DNA of 64,000 nucleotides from a virus. Below are positions 28,290 to 38,103 of the stretch, piece by piece. The DNA lies in the IMG/VR virus record IMGVR_UViG_3300021378_000014, positions 17,417 through 81,416 of that record; one strand, given 5' to 3'. Made by a program: the position numbers and the translations under genes. Within the stretch, counting starts at the first letter, position 1. Each line of letters begins with the position of its first letter. The notes beneath the pieces were generated by a model. That model saw nothing but the letters and a program-made list of their open reading frames with translations, was not told the origin of the DNA and did not search any database.

Positions 28290-29127
28290 TTTTTGTGAGA
28301 ATTGCGGCTGTTTTTACCAACCAGATTGAAAATAAGGCACCTAAGAGCTGTTTTGAGCGACTTGAGGCAAGGGCTAAGGTATTAATACCTGTTAGCGTTC
28401 CGTGTCAGCACAACAGCACAAAGGTGCCCATTTGAAATGAAAATCGCAATCTCGATGCCTATTAGTATAGATGATCGAGATTTAACGACTAATAGTAAAC
28501 AATCAAGCATTGTATTAATACAATACTTGTTAGAATTTAAAATAGAGTGAAGTATCTAAGCATTTGTGAATCTAGTGATAGATTACAACTACTTAGAATT
28601 AATAATAATAAGATGTAGATCACCATTGCCAGGGCAAGGATCAAGACATTTCTACATATTAATTCCCCAAAAAACTTTTGTTAAAGTTGCTATAGGGGAT
28701 ACTTCAACTCCAAACATTAGTAGGGGGTTGATGTTATGGTGGGTCACGACCCCTCTGTTAAAACATAACCCAAAAATTTTAAACATAATTTTTTAAAATC
28801 AAATTATAACTAATCTTTAACTTACTGTTAAAACTTCCCTTAAAAAATATACTATAAAAATTTTTAAAACTAATTTCTAACTTAATTTTTTACTTATAGT
28901 TAAACCTACTGTTAAAACATAACCTAATAATCTTACAACTAGTCCAACTATTAATATTCCACATATACCTCCAAACATCACCAAACATACCCTTATTATA
29001 TAACGTTATATAACGTTACAACAAGTCTTAACTTATCTTTTACTCACGATATTCTTACTATATCTTATAATGTGTATATTTACATAGAAAATAATCTACA
29101 ATTAATTTTACAACTAAAAACTAAACA
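28290..29127. other. non-coding divergence region (candidate origin, genome end or control region)
   Basis: Coding strand switches here; palindromes at 28377-28390 and 28504-28529, tandem TATAACGTTA at about 28999-29018, G-poor plus strand at 28770-29127. Confidence 0.6.
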
Positions 29128-29547
29128 ATGAATTTTGATAGAGTTGATGATAAACTAATTATTAAAATGCAAGAACGGTTAAATCAAAACCGGCTAGTAC
29201 CTTTGAGTGTAGAACAAATTAAAGCAGTAATACGAGGACAAAGTGCTTCTATAAAAGCTGCTATTGAAATAGGAGTACCTATTCGTTTATTGTATACTGG
29301 TAGTTTTACTTTAAAACCTGCAGTACTATTAAGACAAAATCAAGGAAGAACTTTTACGGGAATTACTGATGATTTAAATTTAATGGAAGATAAGAAAGTA
29401 AGTAAAAAACTAACGGCCTCTAAAGCTGAAGAATTAACTAGACTAGAAGGAGTACTTAAATATAAATATACAGTTGCTCCTGAAGCTAAATCAAGTTTCT
29501 TATCTGAACTTAATAAAAACAAGTCTATTACTCAACGTAGAAACTAA
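29128..29547 (+). CDS. HU/IHF-like DNA-binding protein
   Basis: LSVEQIKAVI...IKAAIEIGVPIRLLYTGSFTLK resembles the HU helix and beta arm; position upstream of TerL fits crAss-like synteny. Confidence 0.6.
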   Translation: MNFDRVDDKLIIKMQERLNQNRLVPLSVEQIKAVIRGQSASIKAAIEIGVPIRLLYTGSFTLKPAVLLRQNQGRTFTGITDDLNLMEDKKVSKKLTASKAEELTRLEGVLKYKYTVAPEAKSSFLSELNKNKSITQRRN

Positions 29548-29552
29548 TAATA

Positions 29553-29586
29553 ACTTGCATTATATACTAGAACACCTTATCTTTGT
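29553..29586 (+). promoter_or_regulatory. candidate Bacteroidota sigma-A-type promoter
   Basis: TATCTTTG at 29578 matches the -7 TAnnTTTG consensus, with TTG about 20 bp upstream. Related TAnnTTTACA sites at about 29076(+), 11102-11111(-) and 22540-22550(-). Confidence 0.45.
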
Positions 29587-29640
29587 ACTATACTTAACGA
29601 ATTAAGTATTTAATCTTTTAAATCAAAATTGATATGTGTT

Positions 29641-29847
29641 ATGAAAACTTTGCAAATTACAGATTGTATTTTTAATCGTTATTCTGGTTTTTACGTCCAG
29701 AATAAGGGTGTATCACCAAATGACGCTTATAAGTTTGTAATGAACGCTAGGCTTCGTAATATAAATGATTTCAATATTGCTCGAATGGTTAAAGTGCAAG
29801 TTGGTGATAGTATAGAATCTTTATTGAATCTACTTACTAAAGTATAA
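29641..29847 (+). CDS. hypothetical protein
   Basis: ATG at 29641 within the track ORF. Confidence 0.55.
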   Translation: MKTLQITDCIFNRYSGFYVQNKGVSPNDAYKFVMNARLRNINDFNIARMVKVQVGDSIESLLNLLTKV

Positions 29848-29856
29848 CTACTACAA

Positions 29857-30549
29857 ATGAAACTATTTAAAGTTGATGTACTACAAGGAACAATAGAGTT
29901 CCTGGAGAATGAGTTTGGGGCCATACGAGAATTTAAAGCGGTAATGTCAAAACTGCGAAAGGTACAAGGCGACTCACAAGGTCGGTACAAGTTGCAGAAC
30001 AAACGAGAACTACTATATATATTCTTTATGGCCGACTGGACTGGAGCTAATCCTTATCATAGTTTAACTGAAGTAGAACGGCATCATAAAGCTGTTGAGG
30101 CTGCTGGGTTAGAACGTGGTTATGTTCCTGATGAGATAGTTCTTGATGCTTGTAATAAGTATATTGAACTACAGCAAGAAATGTCACCTACTACTAAGAT
30201 TCTTGTTTCTCTTAAACGTAATATGCAACAAAGTAGTAATTACTTTGAAGGACTTGCTGAAGAGAATGAAAAACTTATTAATGTTAAGAAAAGTTTAACT
30301 CTTGAATTAGGAGGACAAACTGATGCAACATTATTAGAAAGTATTAGTGAGATTAATAAGATGTTACAAAGTAATATCTCTGCTGCTCAAAAATTTACAG
30401 TTAGTCTTGAACAAGCTATTGAAAAAATAGATAAACTTCAAGATAAAGCTAGATTTGAAATGACTAATAGCCGTCGGATAACTGGCGGTGGTGATTTGAA
30501 CAATAGAGAACTTCCCAGTAATAGAGAAGATATTTCGGGTAATAGATAA
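29857..30549 (+). CDS. helical protein, candidate terminase small subunit
   Basis: RELLYIFFMADW..NPY...YVPDEIVLDACNKY and C-terminal RITGG; located upstream of TerL. Confidence 0.5.
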   Translation: MKLFKVDVLQGTIEFLENEFGAIREFKAVMSKLRKVQGDSQGRYKLQNKRELLYIFFMADWTGANPYHSLTEVERHHKAVEAAGLERGYVPDEIVLDACNKYIELQQEMSPTTKILVSLKRNMQQSSNYFEGLAEENEKLINVKKSLTLELGGQTDATLLESISEINKMLQSNISAAQKFTVSLEQAIEKIDKLQDKARFEMTNSRRITGGGDLNNRELPSNREDISGNR

Positions 30550-30625
30550 TGATACTAACCAGTAATATTCCTATTACTGGGAAAGATTTCTTAACTTTAA
30601 TTATTAATTAATTAAATTAGAACTC

Positions 30626-30799
30626 ATGAAAGGCGATAAAAAGAAACAACTAATACCACAAACAACTAGAACTAAAGCAGTACGAGAAGTTGAAGAGGCA
30701 ATTAGAGATAATAAGATAAGTAAACAATTTGTTAAAGATCACCTTTGTTCTGATCCTAATTGTAAAACTTGTAACGCTTTTCGTGCAGTAATAAAATAA
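30626..30799 (+). CDS. small Zn-binding protein
   Basis: Manual translation MKGDKKKQ...KDHLCSDPNCKTCNAFRAVIK (57 aa). Confidence 0.55.
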   Translation: MKGDKKKQLIPQTTRTKAVREVEEAIRDNKISKQFVKDHLCSDPNCKTCNAFRAVIK

Positions 30800-30805
30800 T
30801 GAATT

Positions 30806-31858
30806 ATGACAATGCAACAACGTACTATTACGTTTGATCCTGGACCGCATACTTATACTGATGAAACTGGTGCTCCTTATATTAGTGTTACTACTTTAAT
30901 TGGTAGTGTAGAGCCTGAGTATCCTGCAAGATTTTGGGCTATGTATAGAGCTGTAGATCAAGTAGGTATATATAAGCCTAGACCTTTTTTAGAACATGAT
31001 AGTATCGAAGTTACATTTAGAGGTAAAAGGATTAAATTTGGATTAGATGCTCTTTACAACGGAGTTATACCGTTAAACAAATCAGCAGCTAGTATTAATG
31101 CTGAATGGGAAGAAGAAAAAGATTTAGCTTGTGAATGGGGTACTAATAAACATGATTACCTTGAAGGTTGTATTAATAAATTTGCTACCACAAATTATGT
31201 AAATGTACACGAGATATACGAACGTAGTAACTCTTTAGGTTTTGCTTATAAAGTTACTAATATGGAAGAGCTGGAAGCTAGTCCATTACGTTTAATGTAT
31301 CCTACTATTTATGAGCAAATTGCTCGTTATATTAAAGCTGGATGGATAGCGTATGCAGAGAAACGTATATATTCTAGTATTCATAAAGTAGCCGGAACAA
31401 TTGATTTATTATTAGTTAAAAATGGTAAGTTTCTTATTATTGATTGGAAAACCAATAAAGATAAGTTAACTTGGGAAGCTGGTTATTATAAGAAAGAGTG
31501 GAACGCTGATCGTAGCCGTAAAGTTAAAACTAGTGAGTTTATTAAACGTAACGATTGTTTTCTTTTTCCATTAAATAAACTACCATTATGTAAAGGTAAT
31601 ATTTACACACTTCAACTTTCACTATATACTTATATATGTGAACTATGGGGATTAAAAAGTGTAGGTACTTTACTTTGTCATATACGACCACATCTATCTA
31701 ACGATGGAGAAGTGCTGTATGAAGCTGATGGTATTACTCGTAAAGAACATGAACCTGAATTTTATAAGATTGCTTATAAGAAAGCTGAGGTTGCCCGGTT
31801 ATTATCTTGGCGATTAGGCGAAATACACCGTTTTCAGCAACCTGAATTTAGTATCTGA
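30806..31858 (+). CDS. PD-(D/E)XK exonuclease (RecB/Cas4-like fold)
   Basis: YISVTTLI, GTNKH, AEKRIYS...AGTIDLL...IIDWKTN, YTLQLSLY. Confidence 0.88.
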   Translation: MTMQQRTITFDPGPHTYTDETGAPYISVTTLIGSVEPEYPARFWAMYRAVDQVGIYKPRPFLEHDSIEVTFRGKRIKFGLDALYNGVIPLNKSAASINAEWEEEKDLACEWGTNKHDYLEGCINKFATTNYVNVHEIYERSNSLGFAYKVTNMEELEASPLRLMYPTIYEQIARYIKAGWIAYAEKRIYSSIHKVAGTIDLLLVKNGKFLIIDWKTNKDKLTWEAGYYKKEWNADRSRKVKTSEFIKRNDCFLFPLNKLPLCKGNIYTLQLSLYTYICELWGLKSVGTLLCHIRPHLSNDGEVLYEADGITRKEHEPEFYKIAYKKAEVARLLSWRLGEIHRFQQPEFSI

Positions 31859-31945
31859 CCATTAGTATGGGATTGATAGTCAAATTCACTGGTACAGCTC
31901 AAAACAACGTATAAAGGAATTGGATGTGAGGATTTGGTATATTTC

Positions 31946-31975
31946 AGCCCGGCGGTCTAACTGTCGGGCTTTTTT
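31946..31975 (+). terminator. intrinsic terminator
   Basis: AGCCCGGCGG-TCTAA-CTGTCGGGCT-TTTTT. Confidence 0.8.
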
Positions 31976-32033
31976 TGTACCTAGTGTAATAAGAAATAAA
32001 ACTATTATAAAATATTAAATTAGAAACGATGTT

Positions 32034-34349
32034 ATGAATCCTTTTAGTACTACGCTTGAAGAAGAGAAAGCGAATAATAATCCAGCACATTCTTTTAGGT
32101 GGGTAGCTAATAACTTTGAAAAGACTGGGCTTTATCGTACTGAAGATATTACTTTTGCTAATACCGATATAATTAAAGAAGCAAGTAGGCATTTTCAAAA
32201 ATACGGTATTTACAATGATATTGATCCTAAAACTGATCCTATTGCTTTTTCGAGGTGGTGGGATAGATGGGAATATCGACGTAAACATGGAATGGTAGTT
32301 AATTGTAAATTAGATAAATCTGGAGGTAATTCAGATAAAGATTTGCAACCTCTTTGGATTCCTGGTAAAATGGTAGGTCTTATGAATTTCGGACCCATTC
32401 TTCGTACTGCTGATCCTGATGATCTAACTATATTAGATGCTAATACTGCTACGTTAGATCAACGTAAAAGACTAGGGATTGATGAAGAAATGGAACAACT
32501 ATTTAGTAAAATCAAAGTAAACGAAACTGCTGATATTACACATGACTTTATGGATTTCTGGGATGGTCACTTTCATTATTGGGTTGCTCAAGATTTTAGT
32601 GAACGTATTGGATTAGATATGGTTGTAGTTAAAGCCCGACGTAAAGGTTTTAGTTATATAGGTGCGTGGGATGCTTGGGATGAAGTTTACATGAATCCTT
32701 TTATTAGTATCTTTTTAGTAGCTTATGATATGAAATATCTTACAGCTTCTGGTGGTCTTTTTTCGTTAGTTCAACAGTATTTTAACTTTGAACAAAAATA
32801 TACAGACTGGCGTAAACGTACACTTAGTAAAACTAAAGATCATATTAAGTTTGGATTTACATTTACTGGCGATCAAGAAGAGTATGGTTTCCTAAGTAGT
32901 ATTACTTGTTTTTCTGCTATGGATAATCCAGATTGTTTACGTGGTAAAATGGCTAAAAAGATTAAATGGGAAGAAACAGGTACGTTTCCTAATCTACAAC
33001 AGACAAGAGAAATTGCATATTCGGCTGCTGAAGCTGGGGGATACAAACTTGGACATAGCACTTATTGGGGTACTGCTGGTAGTAAAGATGGAGATTATGG
33101 TCCACTTCGTAGTGCTTTTTATAAACCTATTAGTTTTGAAGCTTTACCGTTTGATAATATTTGGGATATTAATAAAGAAGGTACAGAAGCTGCTTTATTC
33201 TTTGGTCAACTTCAAAATCTAGTTTATGATAAAGATGGTAATACAGATATAGAAGCCGGTAAACAATTCCATTTACGTAAAACAGAAAGAGCACGTAATA
33301 GTAAAACTGCTAGTCAATTCCAGCAATGGTCTGCTGAAAGAGCTACTACTCCTGCTGAAGCTTTGAACAGACAAGGTGATAATATCTTTTCTGCTTTAGC
33401 GGGCAGACTACAAATGCAAGTTGATCGTTTAGATATAGACCCTGTACTTAAATCAATTGGTCGTTGTGGAAGATTAGAAGAAACAACTAGTGGTATTCGT
33501 TTAATTACAAACGAAGAATTAAAACTACAAGGTAAACCTTATCATCTACCAATTAATGATACACCTGAAGCTTTAAGTAGAGATATGGATATGCATGGTT
33601 GTGTAGTTGAATGGTTTAGTCCACATACTATATCTTATGTTGATCCTCATGATCCATTCTCTTTTACTGGGAAAGTAAATTCAGTTGTACCCAAAGGATT
33701 ATACTATATTTGGCATGATCCGTATGCAACTGATAAAGATAGTACTCAAATTACTATTAAAGATTCTCTTGGTGTTGCTTATGTATACGAAAAAGCAAAC
33801 GGATTTACTCCGAGTAAAGGTGATCGTATAGTAGCTAGTTGGATTGGTAGACCTGATACAACTGATGGTTATAACTCTCAACTTTTACTTTTATGTAAGT
33901 ATTATAATACAATAGATGGTTTACTTTTTGAGAATGACCGAGGTGATGTTTATCCTTATTTTAAACATCATAAAGCTTTACGTTATTTAATGGAAGAACC
34001 TGAAATGTTAACACTTAAAGAACTTAGTGGTAAGACAGGTAGAAATTATGGTTTATCTATTGGTAAAAACTTTAGACGTAAAGCGGAAGGTGCTCGTATG
34101 CTTAAAGATATGCTTAGTTCAGTATTTAGTAAAAATCAAGAAACTAATATTGAAACTACGTTTATAGAGTATATATACTGTAAACGTTTATTGAAAGAGT
34201 TATTACGATGGAATAAAGATGGTAACTTTGATTGTGTTTCTGCTTGTATTGTAGGTCAATTTATGATTAGAGAAATAGAAGAAAGAGAAACAGAAACTGA
34301 AGATACATTTAAAGAAGTAGATGATTTCTTTACGCGTGCTCATTTTTAA
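32034..34349 (+). CDS. terL: terminase large subunit
   Basis: crAss-type Walker A KARRKGFS, Walker B WEETG, GTAG, nuclease HDPY, FENDRG, GNFDCVSA. Confidence 0.92.
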   Translation: MNPFSTTLEEEKANNNPAHSFRWVANNFEKTGLYRTEDITFANTDIIKEASRHFQKYGIYNDIDPKTDPIAFSRWWDRWEYRRKHGMVVNCKLDKSGGNSDKDLQPLWIPGKMVGLMNFGPILRTADPDDLTILDANTATLDQRKRLGIDEEMEQLFSKIKVNETADITHDFMDFWDGHFHYWVAQDFSERIGLDMVVVKARRKGFSYIGAWDAWDEVYMNPFISIFLVAYDMKYLTASGGLFSLVQQYFNFEQKYTDWRKRTLSKTKDHIKFGFTFTGDQEEYGFLSSITCFSAMDNPDCLRGKMAKKIKWEETGTFPNLQQTREIAYSAAEAGGYKLGHSTYWGTAGSKDGDYGPLRSAFYKPISFEALPFDNIWDINKEGTEAALFFGQLQNLVYDKDGNTDIEAGKQFHLRKTERARNSKTASQFQQWSAERATTPAEALNRQGDNIFSALAGRLQMQVDRLDIDPVLKSIGRCGRLEETTSGIRLITNEELKLQGKPYHLPINDTPEALSRDMDMHGCVVEWFSPHTISYVDPHDPFSFTGKVNSVVPKGLYYIWHDPYATDKDSTQITIKDSLGVAYVYEKANGFTPSKGDRIVASWIGRPDTTDGYNSQLLLLCKYYNTIDGLLFENDRGDVYPYFKHHKALRYLMEEPEMLTLKELSGKTGRNYGLSIGKNFRRKAEGARMLKDMLSSVFSKNQETNIETTFIEYIYCKRLLKELLRWNKDGNFDCVSACIVGQFMIREIEERETETEDTFKEVDDFFTRAHF

Positions 34350-34379
34350 AGTTACTAAATAATTAAAACTAATAATGTA

Positions 34380-36821
34380 ATGAATGGTTATCCTAGTCAG
34401 TATATTTCTCTAAGTGAGAAATTAAAAATAGCCCCACATAAAAAAGTACCAGATTGGATTATAGCTAATTATAATTACTGGTCACAACAAGCTTCACCTC
34501 ATATAGCAGATATTGATATTTTTCAAGAATTAGAATCTGTAGCTGAAGGAAAGATTAGTACTAACAAGTACAAATATATTGAAAATCCTTTTAATACAGA
34601 TAATCCTGATTATAAACGCTATCCAGCAAGAATTAGGAATTATGATATTATCAAACCTATTCTTGAACGTTATATTGGAGAACGTCTTGAACGACCAGAT
34701 ACACAACAAGTATACGCTAAGAATGAGGAAGTAGTTAATGAATTTAAAGTAGCTCGTAGTCAATTCTTTGAAGGAATTTTACAGCAACAATTTATTAACG
34801 AATTAAATAGTCTAGGTATGGATACTGGTATGGACTCAAAAGAGATACCAGGTATGAAAGACTTAGAGGATGAATTTATTCTTAATTATACTAAGAAACG
34901 AGCTAAGTATGGTAGTGAAAGTCTTGAGCTTTTAAAATCACAACTATTATTAAAAGAGAAGTATCAAAAAGCATTTTACTATTGGTTAGTCTTTGGTAGA
35001 GTTTATGCGATGAAAGGCATTAATTATGATGATGTTCAGTATAGTATACTTGATCCTAAAGATGTAACTGTAATTGGTTGGAATGACGATAGTAGATATG
35101 CAGAAGATGCTCAAGCTAGTATTGTTACTAAGCAATGGTCTTTAGCTAGTATTATAGATAATTGGGGACCTCAATTAATAGAGCGTTACGGTAAAGGTAT
35201 TATTAAACAATTAGAAACCAGAATGGGTAGTCAAAGACTTCCTACTTCAGGTGCTGTTGTTCGTAATGGTGAATTTGTTTATACTCCGTCTGGTGATCGT
35301 TATGGTTTAGAAAATACAGCAATGTTAGATGTTCAATATATTAATTGGAAATCTATTGCTAAACGTGGTATTCTTACTTTTATAAATGAGAAAGGTTTAC
35401 CTGATACAGCTATTGTTGATGATGAATATCGTCCTGATCCAATGGCTGGAGAAGTAAATATTGAATGGATACCGGAGAATGAAGTATGGCAAATGATAGT
35501 TATAGCTGATGGCTTAACTAGCACTAATACTACATTTGGAACTAACGCTAATTTAAACGAATTAACCGGAGATAGTGAAGGTTTTGCTGGAGCTATATTC
35601 TTAGAGTATGGTCCTGTTCCTGTACAAAGGAATATGATTAATAATAGTTCAATTTGTAAGTTACCACTTAATGGTACTTATTTTGGTTACGATCCTTCTA
35701 TTATTGACAGTATTGTTAAAAAAGGAATTAGTTACCAAGAACTATATAATATATTTCATTATAGGTTTGAACTTACACTAGCTAAGAATAAAGATAAACT
35801 GATGCTATTTCCATTAGGTCTTATACCTAAAGATAAAGGTTGGACTGTTGATACTTGGATGTATCAAGTTCATGCTTTTAGTTTAGCATTCTTTGATGAA
35901 ACTAGCGAAAAAGCTATGGCTGCTATGCAAGCTATGAAAAGTATTGATATGAGTTTAAGTCAGTACATGGGGCAGATGTGGGAGTTTATGCAAGGTATTC
36001 GACAAGAGTGGTGGGATAGCATTGGTATGAATAATCAACGTTATGGAGACATAAGTTCTAGTGCTGGTAAAGGAACTACACAACAAGCAGTTTATCGTAG
36101 TAGTGTTAGTACTAAAGAATTAAACTTTCAATTTGATTGTTTCTTAGATCAAGAAGCAAATGGTTTAATTGATTACAGTAAATATGCTTGGGCAGAAGGT
36201 AAAAAAGGTAGTTACATTACTAGTACTGGAAGTCAAGTATTTTATGATATTAATGCGGAAGATCACGCTACTACTGAATATGGTGTTTTTTCTACTTCTT
36301 CTATTGAAGAATATGATAACGTTCAATTCTTAAAAAATGTATTACTTCAACCTATGGCTCAGAATGGTACTCCTGGTAGTATTGTTACTAAAGTTATTAA
36401 AAGTAATAATTTAGCTAAGATTGAGGAGTTGATGGAAAAAGGAGAACAAATACAACAGAAGTTAGTGGCAGATCAGCAAGAACAACAAAATGAAACTCAA
36501 CGTTATATTGCTGATAGCGCTAACAAAATGACAGCTGATTCTAATCAAGTTAAACTTGATATTGCAAATATTGCAGCAGATAGTCGAATTGAAGTGGCAA
36601 AAATTACAGCTGATAGTTTTAATGCTGCAGCTGGAGATGCTGACGGTGACGGTATACCAGAATCTGATGAAATAATGGCAAGAGCTTACCAAAGACAATT
36701 AGCTAGAGAACAACTACAAGAACAAAAAAGAGCGTCTTTAGCTAAGGAAGACTTAGCGCGGCAAAAGGTCAATACATCGTTAGCAGTAGCAAAAGAAAAT
36801 AAAAATAAACATGATAACTAA
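34380..36821 (+). CDS. portal protein
   Basis: Follows TerL; PARIRNYDIIKP, YQELYNIFHY, GMNNQRYG, C-terminal helical barrel with DADGDGIP. Confidence 0.88.
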   Translation: MNGYPSQYISLSEKLKIAPHKKVPDWIIANYNYWSQQASPHIADIDIFQELESVAEGKISTNKYKYIENPFNTDNPDYKRYPARIRNYDIIKPILERYIGERLERPDTQQVYAKNEEVVNEFKVARSQFFEGILQQQFINELNSLGMDTGMDSKEIPGMKDLEDEFILNYTKKRAKYGSESLELLKSQLLLKEKYQKAFYYWLVFGRVYAMKGINYDDVQYSILDPKDVTVIGWNDDSRYAEDAQASIVTKQWSLASIIDNWGPQLIERYGKGIIKQLETRMGSQRLPTSGAVVRNGEFVYTPSGDRYGLENTAMLDVQYINWKSIAKRGILTFINEKGLPDTAIVDDEYRPDPMAGEVNIEWIPENEVWQMIVIADGLTSTNTTFGTNANLNELTGDSEGFAGAIFLEYGPVPVQRNMINNSSICKLPLNGTYFGYDPSIIDSIVKKGISYQELYNIFHYRFELTLAKNKDKLMLFPLGLIPKDKGWTVDTWMYQVHAFSLAFFDETSEKAMAAMQAMKSIDMSLSQYMGQMWEFMQGIRQEWWDSIGMNNQRYGDISSSAGKGTTQQAVYRSSVSTKELNFQFDCFLDQEANGLIDYSKYAWAEGKKGSYITSTGSQVFYDINAEDHATTEYGVFSTSSIEEYDNVQFLKNVLLQPMAQNGTPGSIVTKVIKSNNLAKIEELMEKGEQIQQKLVADQQEQQNETQRYIADSANKMTADSNQVKLDIANIAADSRIEVAKITADSFNAAAGDADGDGIPESDEIMARAYQRQLAREQLQEQKRASLAKEDLARQKVNTSLAVAKENKNKHDN

Positions 36822-36860
36822 AAGTTATCCTTATTATTGTAACACTAAATTAATTTAATT

Positions 36861-38069
36861 ATGCCCACAGAAACGGATACTAACGTAGGGAATGAAGGTA
36901 ATGCTGATTTTGGAAACATCACTATTGGTAATGTTTTTAGTGCCGGAGGTACTCCTCCTTCACAACTGGATAATAAAGATACTAAAGCTAATCCAGACGG
37001 TGAACCTACAACGCCAATTACTACAGACACTAAACCTGTAGAAACTGTTGTTACTGATACTAAAGCTGATCCTGCAGAAGAAGAGATTGTTGAAGAATAT
37101 TCTCAAAATACTGCTGGTGATCTTTTAGATAAAGATGGTAAAGTTGTAGCTAAAAAAGGAGAGTATGAAGTTGACGCAGAGGGAACCATTTCTTTTACTG
37201 GGAAAGAAGACAATCTTAGTCCTGTTCTTAATATAGCTAAAGAAAAAGGTTATGACCTAGTCGATGAGGATGGTAATCCTATGGAGTTTGAAAATACGCC
37301 AGACGGTGTATTTGCATTAGCAACTACTATTGGTGAACGTATGATTGATGAGTATGAAATTAAACTTCTTACTACCTTTCCTATTGTTGAAGAAATTGTT
37401 AATCACCTTAAAGCAGGAAAAAGTCCTGAAGACTTTTTTAAAAGTAAAGTAGAAACTACCGATTATACTAAAATGACTTTTAGTAAAGATGATGTTGGAA
37501 CACAACGTAATTTAATTAGAAATTATTATACCAACGTTGGCAATCTTACTGCAGAAGATGCAGAAGAAGCTATTAAGTTATTTGAAGATTCTGGTAAATT
37601 AGAAGAAAAATCTAAATCTGCTTTAGAAAGATTAAAACAACACCAGATTACTACTGAGAATGCTCGTAAAGCTGCTAATCAAGAAGCTATTCGCGTAAAA
37701 GAAGCTAATACAGCTCAGTATTGGGATGGTGTTAAACAAACAATTAATACAGGTAATCTTGGAGATATTACTATTCCTGAAAAGGATAAGAATGATTTCT
37801 TAAAGTTTATTGCTGTACCTAATAAAGATGGTGTAGTTGGAGTTTCTAAAAAATACAATGAACTACCTACTGATAAGAAACTTATGATTGATTATCTTTT
37901 ATATAAAGATTTATCTTTAGAAGATTTAGTTAGTCTTAAAGTCAATCAAAAACAAGTTAATGATTTGCGTAAACGTAAAGCTGTTCTTACTCCTACAGCA
38001 GGTTCACGTAAAGTTATTAAAAGTTCTGGTGCCGAAGGAGGTGACTACACTCTTGGTAATTTAGCATAA
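36861..38069 (+). CDS. acidic scaffold-like protein
   Basis: Acidic low-complexity N-terminus; lies between portal and MCP. Confidence 0.7.
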   Translation: MPTETDTNVGNEGNADFGNITIGNVFSAGGTPPSQLDNKDTKANPDGEPTTPITTDTKPVETVVTDTKADPAEEEIVEEYSQNTAGDLLDKDGKVVAKKGEYEVDAEGTISFTGKEDNLSPVLNIAKEKGYDLVDEDGNPMEFENTPDGVFALATTIGERMIDEYEIKLLTTFPIVEEIVNHLKAGKSPEDFFKSKVETTDYTKMTFSKDDVGTQRNLIRNYYTNVGNLTAEDAEEAIKLFEDSGKLEEKSKSALERLKQHQITTENARKAANQEAIRVKEANTAQYWDGVKQTINTGNLGDITIPEKDKNDFLKFIAVPNKDGVVGVSKKYNELPTDKKLMIDYLLYKDLSLEDLVSLKVNQKQVNDLRKRKAVLTPTAGSRKVIKSSGAEGGDYTLGNLA

Positions 38070-38103
38070 TTGATTTTTTTATTTTAAAATTAAACTTAAA
38101 CGT

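Noticed and set aside
257-28796. Plus-strand track ORFs in the left arm (e.g. 257, 3680, 5777, 6936, 10150, 12770, 25596, 27627, 28566) and nested minus-strand ORFs 1649, 10484, 27433
   Set aside because: They are antisense or out-of-frame shadows of better-supported genes, or lie in low-complexity non-coding DNA, and show no motifs.
30806-31858. Cas4/CRISPR system
   Set aside because: It is a stand-alone PD-(D/E)XK nuclease usual next to crAss TerL; there is no Fe-S Cys cluster pattern, array or other cas gene.
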